From contig JANJGN010000012.1 in NCBI GenBank assembly GCA_026770705.1, positions 95,914,001 to 95,978,000 of the forward strand: DNA of 64,000 nt. The letters are read 5' to 3'. Both the position numbers and the translations under genes were made by a program. Under the pieces are notes generated by a model. The model was not told the DNA's origin and ran no database searches. It saw only the letters and a list, made by a program, of their open reading frames with translations. Source of the stretch: Isurus oxyrinchus. Lineage: Eukaryota. Of this stretch, positions 1 to 10,355 are shown piece after piece. Position 1 is the stretch's first letter, and each line of letters opens with the position of its first letter.

Positions 1-3000
1 GAAGCGATGTCCGCTGCACTCTTCAAATTGCAAGGCATGATGGAGGAGTCTGCCTGTCTTCAGGCTGAGGTGATACCTCTGGCATGCCAACGCACCGAAG
101 TCAACACTGGCAGGATGGCAGCTGCCATGGAGACCTTGTTACAGGATGTGACTTCTGCACTGTTATGCGGGCTGAACTCCATCGCCAATGCCATAGCTGG
201 CCTTCAATAGTGCGTACACTAGAGGGATGCCAGACAGCCCGATTTCACTCCAGCTACCCCTTCTCCTCCAGGAGTTAGCCAGGGGCAATTGGACACCCAT
301 AGGGAGGAGGATCAGCAGGTGGTCCCCTGCGGTCATCGATCCAGGTGACCCTGGGAGTGTCCGGCTCATCAAATCCCCTCTTCCTGTGATTTCCGCAGAT
401 CCAGCTCCACAGGCCGAGGAGGGTGCCACTGCTACAGTTGAACCCCTAAAGAGGGCCGGGGCCCACCAGGTCTCGGCCTTCCAGAGGATGCCTGCCAAAG
501 TCATCACAGACAGGACGTAGCAGTCATCAGGCTGCCTCCACCTCCACTGTGTATGTCCGGGGTGTAGTTGCACAGCCTGGGCATGGCTGTTAATCACTTG
601 TACATAACGTTCACTATTGTAAATAAATTCCCAAGAATCTCTCCTTGCCAATGGCCCCTTGTCCTGATGAGCAGTATTTGTGTCACTCAGATCTAAAACT
701 TTTTTGCACAAAATAAAGGCAGGTGTCTCAGTCCAAGGCCTCTTCCCTGTGCTTTGTGCAGCCTTACACTCTCTGGACACATTACTGATGCCTGCACCTC
801 GATGGTGCTGGTCATTGCTGCCAGAATGTTGCAGATGGGCATCACAGAGTTCCATCATTCCCTCTGTATGCTCTCAGCACCTTTAAGGTGGGGCTGGCCG
901 CTACCTTTTTAACATCTGTGACCAGTGCTGCTGTGCTCCTGAAGGGGTCAGGTGCAGAAGTTGGACAAAGAATCAGGTGTATTTACAGTTTCATTGCTGC
1001 ATCTCCATTATATGAGCCTGATCACAGAGCACAAACGAGCTGCCTTCGGACAGACGGGAGTCAGATATTCTCAGAGGCTACATGAAGATCTATGGAGTGT
1101 CCTCCTGCATGTAGTCATCATCATCCTGCAATCGAGCGACTGTTAGGTCTTCCACTGCATCTCCATGATAAGGGCATTATCAAAGAGGGAATGTGTGCTA
1201 TCATAAGCCAGCTAGGAGTTAAACGTTCATTGATGCAATGTGAGGATCTATGGTGTCTCCTCACTGCATGTCGTCATCATCCTTCACAAATCTAGCAGCT
1301 GTGAGGGACTCCTGAGCACACCCGCCTCGTCTGGCCAGTGTGATGGCCTCATCACCATCATTGTTGGCGTTGAGGACCTCTTCACACTCATCACCATCCA
1401 TGTCCTCCTCTTCAGAAGAGATCTCCATTCCCTGCATCTCCCATTCAGCCAGCTCCTCTCCCCATTGCAGCACCAGGTTGTAAAGGGCACAGCAAGTGAC
1501 AACGCTGTGTGGACTATATTGCAGGGCTCCACCAGACCAGTCCAGGCACTGGAACCTCATCTTCAGCATTCCAGTGGTCTGCTCCACCAATTGCAAGCTG
1601 CAGCCTGAGCCTCATTATAGCGTCGCTCTGCTGCAGTCTGAGGCCGCCGCACGGGTGTCATCAGCCACGTCCTCTGCGGGTAGCCCTTGTCCCCCAGGAG
1701 CCAACCCTGCAGCCTTCTAGGATCCTGGAAGATGTCAGGGATCTGTGACTGACTGAGAATGTAGGAGTCATGGACACCCCCTGGAAACCGTGCGCAGACC
1801 TGCAGGATGCGTTTGTGGTGGTCGCACACCAGCTGCATGTTCAGCGAATGGAAGTCCTAGTGGTTGACCCCTTGTTGCGATGGAGATCTGAGTGCCACAT
1901 GAGTGCAGTTGATCGCACCCTTCACCAGTGCAAAATCCAAGATCTGGGCAAATCCAATCGCTCTTGCATCCTCACTCTCTTGGTCCCGGGCAAAATGCAC
2001 AAAGTTGTGTACCATCCTGAACATGGCATCCATAACCTCATGGATGCATTTGTGGGTGGAGGCTTGTGAGATCCCACAGAAGTCACCTGTGGAGCCCTGG
2101 CATAAAAATTGAGCGCCACGGTCACTTTCACGGCCACTGGCAGTGGATGCCCTCCATGTCCTCATTGCACCAAATCCTGCAGCAGCTGGCAGATGTGACC
2201 AGCCAGGTCCTTAGCAGTCTTCGGCAATACTGGTTCTTGGTCATCTGTGGGAATGAAAGACGGCATCTATAGACCCTAGGTCTAGCTAGGCGCAGAAGTG
2301 GCGTGTGCAGGAGCTCCAGCTGCCCCTTCTTCCTGAGGGTGCTGTTGCTCCCTCTGCCCAGCCAGGTACCTCCGTCACTCTCTTCTCTGTCATCTCTGCT
2401 CTGTACACCACAAGGTATAACAACTAGTTCATCAGGCTCCATGATCCTCATGTTGTACTCCTGCAGGATGAAAGAGGGAGACACTTGGGTTAGCTTGAGT
2501 ATACTAAGAACCTCTCTTAGTTAAGCCTGAAAGCTCCTTAATGTATCCCGGAGAGACCTGGCTACCACTTGGATGGCCAGAGTTTAGTGCACTGCATGGC
2601 TGCACGAAACCCTCTACCTCACTCCACCTGACCGATTGGCAGCAGCCTTGCCCATTGGACTGCACGCTGTGCTCTCAGCTCAGACGCAAGCATTCTCCTA
2701 ACTCGCACTGCAAGGCTGCACTGTTAGCTTGAACCATGGGGGAGACTGGTCCAAACCGGGATGATAACATTGCAAGGGGCTGTGAGCGCCTCCACCAGTG
2801 ACTGCTCCGTGGCCAGTTTTAGCAAGGAGATTGTACAACGTGCCCAGTCGTCCAACTGTTCTGTGGTCCACTAAAACACTCATTAGTTTGCAGTCTTTGC
2901 CCAAGGGGTGAAAAGTTCTGGAGCACTTGGTGGCATTTTCATGTTTGAGTGGACAGATAAGCTAGAGACCTGACTCCACACATGTCAATGTGGCTGCATC

Positions 3001-3542
3001 TGAACTGTCTTCAGCTGCAGAGGAATGGTCACTTTATACAAGGTTTCCCTAATGATTGTCTGCTTCCCTGCCCCACACCCTACATGTGCTTGTGCACTAC
3101 CTTCAACCAGAGGGCAGCTCTTGCCCCGACCACCCCCCATCCCCCCACCTCCCCTCTCCAACGCGCCTCGAAGTCCAACAGGCGCCCTCGGTGAGCATTG
3201 CACAATGTTACTGTGTACTCACCTCTGAGTTCCCCTCAAAGTGCAGCCCACCAAGTACACACCTTATATATGCTGTTGTGAAACACCCACCAATGTGGGT
3301 GGACGATCCAGCGGGTCGGGGTGGGGTGATGAGTCTGGCGGGCTGGCCTTATAACGACATGCAAATGTATTACAGTGAGGTTCCCGATGTCCGAAGGGGG
3401 GAAATGCAGCCTGCCATTGACGGGCTGAGCGGACGATGGCAAACTGGTCTCTCAACGTTGTGAAACCAATTTCTGGCCTTCTCGCCATATTATCCGCTCA
3501 CAACGCCGAGCCCAATGTCAGCCAGCATGGAAAATTCCACCC
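1..3542. mobile_element. Decayed PIF/Harbinger DNA transposon (left part outside window)
   Basis: HARBI1-like transposase on - strand, 3' part of partner gene on + strand (1-~560, shares GCCAAAGTCATCACAG with 32296), terminal GGAAAATTCCACCC at 3529-3542 resembling the TIR at 30300. Confidence 0.8.
1261..2460 (-). pseudogene. Harbinger DDE transposase (HARBI1-like), frameshifted
   Basis: ORF pieces [87 protein letters not shown], acidic tail; splice acceptor TCTTTCATCCTGCAG on - strand ending at 2461. Confidence 0.9.
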
Positions 3543-3744
3543 AATGTGTCACAATGCACAACAGTAACATCATGACATAATTTTTATGTGCATGCCCAGG
3601 ATGTGGCATATCCTGTTAAACCAAGCTATATCCGCCCCCCATCCCCAGTTTGTGGGATGTCAATCAAAGCATATGAGGGAAACCTATCTCAATTGTTAAT
3701 CTGCAGTTGCTTCTTCATCAAAATGTGTGAAAAAATGGGGGAGG

Positions 3745-4136
3745 GAGCAGTGTAGTGATAGTGTCACTGTGCGAGTAATCCAGGAGCGTAAGCTAATGCT
3801 CTGGGGACACAGGTTCAAACCCCATCATGACAGCTGCTAGAATTGAAATTCAATTAATAAAATATAACATCTGGAATTGAAAGCTCATCTCAGGAATGAT
3901 AACCATGAAACGATCATTGATTGTTGTAATAACCCATCTGGTTCACTAATGCCTTTTAGGGAAGGAAATCTGCCATCCTTACCTGGTCTGGCCTACATGT
4001 GGCTCCAAACCCACTGCAATGTGGGTGACTCTTAACTGCCGTCTGAAATGGCCTAGCAAGTTACCCAGTTCAAGGCAATTCACAATGTGCAACAAATGCT
4101 GTCCTTGCCAGCGACAGCCACATCCCATGAAAGAAT
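3745..4136 (+). mobile_element. tRNA-derived SINE with LINE-derived 3' tail
   Basis: A-box-like GTGTAGTGA and B-box-like GGTTCAAACCC; tail ...CAAATGCTGTCCTTGCCAGCGACAGCCACATCCCATGAAAGAA resembles the LINE 3' end at 47835-47905. Confidence 0.7.
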
Positions 4137-4437
4137 TTCTTTTTTAAATGGTTACGCCATGGGGAACTTTAGCGTGAGATAAGGTGGGAACTGTGGTATG
4201 AAATATGGCTGGCTGTGCAAGCCCTGAAGGTCTTTGGCATAAAATGTGTTCAGAACTGTTATAAATGGCATGATTGTGATTGTATTTCTGTTTCTAACAG
4301 GAAGTTCAGTTATATTTGCTTAAGTGAAATGCTCTGTAATACATACTGGTGATCACCTTGAATCTCAGTATATGATCTAAATCACATTGAATATGTTGCT
4401 ATTGGGAGCACCTCCCCTTGTTTTCATTCTCCTGTAG

Positions 4438-4582
4438 GTATGTCTGAAGTTCTACGAGTATGAGTTCATGGAGCTGGCCTGTCAGTGCCCTGCTGTAGTC
4501 TGCTGTCGATGTGCTCCGACACAGAAAGCTCAAATCATACGCTTGTTGCAGCAGAGGACTCGCAAATTGACATGTGCAGTAG
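4438..4582 (+). CDS. ATP9A: ATP9A coding exon (P-domain region)
   Basis: AG|[49 protein letters not shown]|GT; 145 bp, ends phase 1; closely matches recalled vertebrate ATP9A. Confidence 0.95.
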
Positions 4583-4999
4583 GTGAGAAACCACAAACTA
4601 CTTGTATTATTGATGTTTTACACTATAGTCTAGATGTTTAGACAGTGAATGTCAAACCACTTGAAAAAAATACTATTGTACTGTGTTCATTCTCTATCTC
4701 TTGTTTTCTTTCTTGCTTTCTTTGTAACACTCTCCCCTCCTTCCTACCACATTCTGTGTTTTATTGTGCACCATACTGTAGTTTGTGACTAGTTAGAAGG
4801 CCTAATCTTCTAGGATTAAGCTCATTTTGTAACTCAGCAGTTGGCTAATTATACCTCTTTATGTCATGGGTTAGTTTTGATCAATTGTATAAATCATTTG
4901 CAGCAAAATCCCACAGTACCAGACTGTTTGGTAAACCAGAAATTCAATAGTGCTAAAATTATAGCTTGAAAAGCAGCTTGGACTGAATAAAACATGAGC

Positions 5000-5330
5000 T
5001 AGGCCACAACTAGAGCACTGTGTACAATTCTGGTCACTGAATTACAGGAAGGATGTGATCGCAATAGAGAGGGTACAAAGAGTTTTATGGGGATGTTGCT
5101 AGAAATGGGGAATTTTAGTCATGATGAAGGATTGGAAAGGGTGGGGTTATTTCCTGAGGAACAAAGGAGGTCGAGGGAAGATGTGTAAAATTAGATGTTA
5201 AAAAGCACTGATTTCCTTTTGCAGAGAGGTCCGTTACCAGGGGCATAGTTTTAAAGTAATTGGCAGAAGGATTTGAAGGCAGTTGAGAATGTTTTCACCC
5301 AGAGTATGGTGGGTATCTAGAACTCAGGAA
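5000..5330 (+). mobile_element. CR1 LINE ORF2 C-terminal fragment
   Basis: RPQLEHCVQFWS..RKDVIAIERVQR motif, degraded. Confidence 0.7.
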
Positions 5331-6385
5331 CCTAGGACTGGATTTTATAGCTCACCACCCTTCCCCACCCCCCCACCCCCAACCACCACCCATCCCCCCC
5401 CACCACCACCCATCCCCCAACCCCAGGTTAGAAAAGTCAGTTGCAAGCCAACATAGTTTAAAAAAAGACTGCCCCACAGCAATAACATGGATAGGAAGTG
5501 CCGTCCTCGAGAGCTTCCAGCCAATCGGATTGGCTGGTAGCTCTAGCATTCCCAGCTGTGCCAGAACTCAGTAGTAGATGCTGACAGGACTGGAAACAGG
5601 GTACAGGAAGAGAGAAATGGATCCTAGACTCTGGTAAGTCCAGGAATTTTGGGCAGGGAGGCCTCGAGCACCTTAGGGAGGGGGGTTGGGCCTGGGCTTT
5701 GGAAGCCAACTGGGGAGGCACAAAGTAGGGGGCTGAGGGTATCATCTTGGAAGTTATCCTCAATGCACACAAAGCATCCCCAAAGGATGTACCCCCCTCT
5801 CCCCCCCCCCACCTCATTCCCACTTTTTCGTCTCGGTGGAAAAATTGGCTCCCCACTTGCACCTGCCTGTTCACGTCAACCGCATTATGATGTGGACAGC
5901 GTCATGTTTAGGCCTGTTAATGATTTTTGTTTAAAATGGCTCCCTGGTGCCAGGGTCAATTTTACCAAATGCGGCAGAGCACACTGAGGGCAGGGGGAAG
6001 GGTGAATAGCCAGCAGTCGTGGTCCACATTGGCACCAGTGACTTAGATGAAAAGAGGGATGTGGTCCGGCAGTCAGAATTTAGGGAGGTAGGTATAACAT
6101 TAGCAAGCAGGACCTCAAAAGTAATAATCTCTGGATTTATTCCTGGTACCATGCCCAAATGAGCATAGATATAGGTAGATATGGCCACGTGGAAGTATGA
6201 TGATGTGGCTATACTAGAGACCTAGCTCAAAGAAGGGCAGTACAGGGTATTAAATATTCATGGATGCAAGATGTTCAGGAAAGATAGGAACGGGGAAGAG
6301 GTGGCAGTATTGATTAAGGAGAACATTGAAGTGTTGGAGAAAGAGGATGTCGCAGAGGGGCCAAGGATAGAATCAGTTTGGCTAG

Positions 6386-6693
6386 TGTATGATGATGTAA
6401 GTGCCTGCATGCCATTGTGATGTAAAGGTGCTTGAGAGAGCAAGGGTTAATGTGTGATTGGAGAATAGTACTGTCCATTGTATGATGTATAGAGTCACAT
6501 GGTACTAGACTCAGAGAACACATTCTAGAAACAGCTGGTGATGGTGGCAATTGGTGACAGTTGTCAGTAGCACCATGCATGCCATTAACTGGGATCTTTA
6601 CATAGTTAAAGATTAACAGTAAATGGTTTATGTTTAAACATACAAGCCTCAAGATCTCATCATTGAGACATCTAATGAATCCATAACACAACA
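6386..6693 (+). repeat. 5' LTR
   Basis: TGTATGATG...CACAACA; direct repeat of 10062-10355, lacking the first TGT. Confidence 0.9.
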
Positions 6694-7793
6694 TGGTGAC
6701 CAACGGTGGAACACAGCAAGGTGATCAGTGGTGGAACACAACATGGTGATCAGTGATGATAAGAAAGGTGGCACTTTAAATGATTAACCCAAAACAGTAT
6801 CCCAAGATATTGAAAACTAAAATCAACTGAAGCCAAGCTAGAGCGACATGGGCTTAAGAAGAAAAATTGAAACTGTTGAAGAAGATTCACTACAGACCTT
6901 GAAGTTGGGGAATGCACCACAGTGAGTGGAAATCCATTGCAAGATCCTTGAGTGATGTAGAGCAAAAAAAACTGCTTGGATCACAAGACGGGTGAGCAAC
7001 CAGAAAAAACTTGCAAGATGCTGAGCAACGCTGAGTAAGACAGTTAGATCACAAGATGGTACACAAAACTACAAAAATTGCAAGACCCTGAGAGATGCAA
7101 TGTGAAAAGTACTGAATAGCTCATGAGATGGTGAGCAAAAAAAGCTGTACTTATATTAAAAAATTCAGCACATCCATAGAGAAGCTGGAAGATAGCTGCA
7201 AAGTAAAAAAAAGTTAAATTTAAAAAACAGACTGGCAGAACAAAAGAAGACCCTGCAGAGTTTAAAAAAAGAGACCTGCAGAGTTTAAGAAAGACGAATC
7301 ACCCTGAAATTGGTTTTGCCACTCAGAGGAGCAAGTTGCTGCAGTTTTAAAAGTTTTTACAAAAAGGAAATGATTGCGAGGGAAGTCTTTTCAGTCGGGA
7401 AAAGTAGTTTTCCAGTAAAAAAAAAATAGAATTACTGTTGTTTTGAAGATTTTAAAAAATGGCACTGAGATTAAAATAAAAGGAAAAAAACCTGCAGAGT
7501 TTGGAAAGGGAATACCTTTTCAGATGGATCCCTAGGCTTCTTGTTAAAGAAAAAGAGCTTCTGCAGTGTCAACAGTCTTGAAAGTTTAAACATTTTTTGA
7601 AAAGGCCTGATAAAGTAGGGGAAAAACACATAGGAAAAAACCAGCAGCTGCAGAGACAGCTTGAGTAAAAAAAAAGTTGAGTAAAAAGAAATGGTTACTG
7701 TACACAGTCTTAAAGAGGCAACGACATTTAAAGCGGTAACTACAGGGAAAAAAAGACAGCTATGGACAGCAAATTAGAAGAACCAGATTCATT

Positions 7794-8051
7794 TTGACTA
7801 AGGAAAGGGTTAACCAGACCAAAGAGGAGGAGCCTTGGAGAAGACAATTTTTAGTTTACAGGAGACTTACAGCATTAAATAAGGAATCAGGAGAAGTACA
7901 AGTTGACAACTTTTTATTGGTCTTTGGTTCATTTGCTGGTGAAGTACCCCACATCCAACATATAGATCAATACTCAACAAAATTTGGTGAAGTATTAGAA
8001 GGCTTTGACAGATATTTTAAACTCCCAAGTTGTAGAGAGCACCAACTCTAG
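7794..8051 (+). pseudogene. Gypsy gag N-terminal remnant
   Basis: WRRQFLVYRRLTALNKESGEVQVDNFLLVFG...FGEVLEGFDRYFK resembles the gag start of Gypsy/K02A2.6-type elements. Confidence 0.65.
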
Positions 8052-8329
8052 AAGTTTAGTTCACCCCAATAAAGCGCCAAGGGCAACAAGAGATCCCAGA
8101 AAGAGGGTAACTCCCAATAAAGTGCCGAGGGTAACAAAAGACTCCAGAGCAAGAACAACAGAAGACCCCAGAGTGAGGGAGACAATATTCAAGTAAACTA
8201 CAAGATGGTTGCCAACCATAGCAGTGCAATGAAATGCATCAGCTGAAGAGTTTAGTGCAGAAGAAAGAAATGGCTGAGAAGCAACTGAAAAGCTTAAAAA
8301 TAGAACTTTATTTGAAAATGCTGACATAG

Positions 8330-9350
8330 TGCCGAACCTGAAACAGCAGGTGTGTGTGCAGAGTGAGCAGATGGCTGTGAATGAAGGAAAGCTATCTGAG
8401 GTAACTTAAAAGAAGCAAAACATGCAAGAAGTAAATGAAGGTGTTCTACAGGAAAATGTTTACATTTTTAGAGCTGAACTGGAAGATTTGAAGAGTAAGA
8501 TTCAAACTGAATATATACCTCTGACAATGCATGATAAACTGAAGTCGTCAATGAACCAAGCTTTTCAAGACCTGAACAAACAAATTTCAGACATGACACA
8601 AAAGTACCAGGAGAAAATAATGACCCTCAATTCCACAGTTACAAATCAAAGTGGGAGTTGGGAAAACTCAACCAGATGTACAGCCAGGCAAAACAGTAGG
8701 TAGAAAAGGTATGCAAAGAAGTTGCAACTCTGAAAGACTCCTTGCAGAATCAATATGTAGCCATGGAAAAACACGAGAAGCTATAAAGGATGTTGAATAT
8801 TACTTCAGAAAAAGCAGCATTAGAACTATCAGCATCAACAAAACAATGCACTGAAGCCCAGAGTAAGTTGGCACAAGGTCAACAAGAAAATAAATGGTTG
8901 AAAGGACAGTTAATTGTCCTTCAAGGTCAAATGCAAAAGAAATGCATAACCATTCAGCAACATGAAATGAAGACTGTCTTAAACAGTAGAATGGAAGCAC
9001 AGCAGAAAAAAACTCAAGGAGACTCTTGAATTACAGGAAAGCTCACAATGAAGCAAGCAAGCTTTGCAAAGAAAAGGAAAACCTGTTGAAGAATCTTCAC
9101 ACGCCATAAGAATTGCTTCAGACAAAGATTGTTCCTCAAGAAAATTTCAAAGAAAAGCAAAAATGAACTTAAAGTCACTCTGAACAAACTGAAGAGCCGG
9201 CTGACAGAGAAGAGTCAGCAATATTCCATATTCCAGGAGGAAGTTGAAAGCTACAAGAAACAGACTGAAGAGCTGAAGAGGCAGTTGAATGAAAACAAGG
9301 CATTGAAAGAAAAAGCTATAGAACTTTCCAAACTGCACAACCATGAATAA
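8330..9350 (+). pseudogene. UACA-like (UACA/RAI14/ANKRD24 family) coiled-coil fragment captured in the LTR element
   Basis: Across frameshifts and stops: TEYIPLTMHDKLKSSMNQAFQDLNKQISDMTQKYQEK; LQNQYVAMEKHEKL; KKCITIQQHE; LKSRLTEKSQQYSIFQEEVESYKKQTEELKRQL, in the same order as similar motifs in recalled human UACA. Confidence 0.6.
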
Positions 9351-9737
9351 CTCAATTACAGAACTGAAACAAGTTAAGACTTCACCGGAGAGCGGACCAA
9401 CAGTGAAACCGAAATGTAAGGCAAGGACAAAGTTATGCTGCAGACAAGGAAAGAGAAGGCAGAAATAAGATCATAAAAAGTAAATCCAATACTGAAGCAC
9501 AATGAACTCAGAGAAGAAAAGCACTGGATGTCTCAGATGTACTAAGAACTATTGAGCTGAATGAAAAGGTTCATAAGCTTGTAAAACAGTCTGAAAATAA
9601 AACAGCAAACAAGTGTTTGGCTGAAATTGTGAAACAAGTGGAAATGAAGGTTCCATTTGCGAAACATACATGGCCAGCAAGGACACGGCAGATGCCACAG
9701 TAAATGAAAATTCGAGTCCACTCTAGGACTGAACGGA

Positions 9738-9955
9738 GTGCACATTCCCTTCGGAAGGAGCGGGACAAATCCACAGTGTCCTATAAAAGCAGGCGGGTTG
9801 TTAATAAAGAGAAACGCAACTCGAAGGAATGCGAAAAATGAAGCAAATGGAAATAACCAAGTACCAGAAACACAGAGTACTGCTACCATTCATCCAAATG
9901 TGACAGACCAAGATATGGAAGAACTGTCAAGCCTCTAGACTGTCTGAATTTATAA
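9738..9955 (+). pseudogene. Gypsy pol/integrase C-terminal remnant
   Basis: RYGRTVKPLDCLNL* at 9911-9955 resembles the common Gypsy pol end (TRSGR.VKPP.RLNL*). Confidence 0.6.
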
Positions 9956-10061
9956 AGTCAGAGACTTGAGGCGGGGGAGAAGGGATAGCAAGTAGAGATT
10001 ATATTGTAAATAGTTATACTCCACTGGAAGGGAGGAAAGTTTTTTCTTTTAAGAAGGGCAA

Positions 10062-10355
10062 TGTTGTATGATGTTGTATGTGCCTGCATGCCATTGTGAT
10101 GTAAAGGTGCTCGGCAGAGCGAGGGTGAACGTGTGACTGGGAATAGCACCGACCACTGTATGAAGTATAGAATCACATGGCATTAGACTCAGAGAGAACA
10201 TTCTAGAAGCAGCTGGTGGCAGTTGGTAGCAGCACCATGCATGCCATTAACTGGGATCTTTACATAGTTAAAGATTAACAATAAATGGTTCATGTTTAAA
10301 CATACAAGTCTCCATATCTCATCATTGAAACATCAAACAAATCCATAGCACAACA
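10062..10355 (+). repeat. 3' LTR
   Basis: TGTTGT...ACAACA termini, preceded by T-run and purine tract. Confidence 0.9.

Larger units (their letters stand above)
6386..10355 (+). mobile_element. Non-autonomous Gypsy-type LTR retrotransposon with captured coiled-coil cargo
   Basis: Two similar LTRs, 5-bp TSD GCTAG (6381-6385, 10356-10360), PBS-like TGGTGACC at 6694, purine tract AAGAAGGGCAA before the 3' LTR, gag-like and pol-terminal remnants. Confidence 0.9.

Noticed and set aside
163-858. 231-aa minus-strand ORF
   Set aside because: No recognisable domain; antisense to the Harbinger partner gene tail
1261-2460. Domesticated host HARBI1 gene
   Set aside because: Multiple frameshifts, TIR nearby, several paralogous decayed copies, intronic location
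6686-7140. Short repeated units as a possible CRISPR-like array
   Set aside because: Eukaryotic LTR leader; tandem units with no unique spacers and no cas genes
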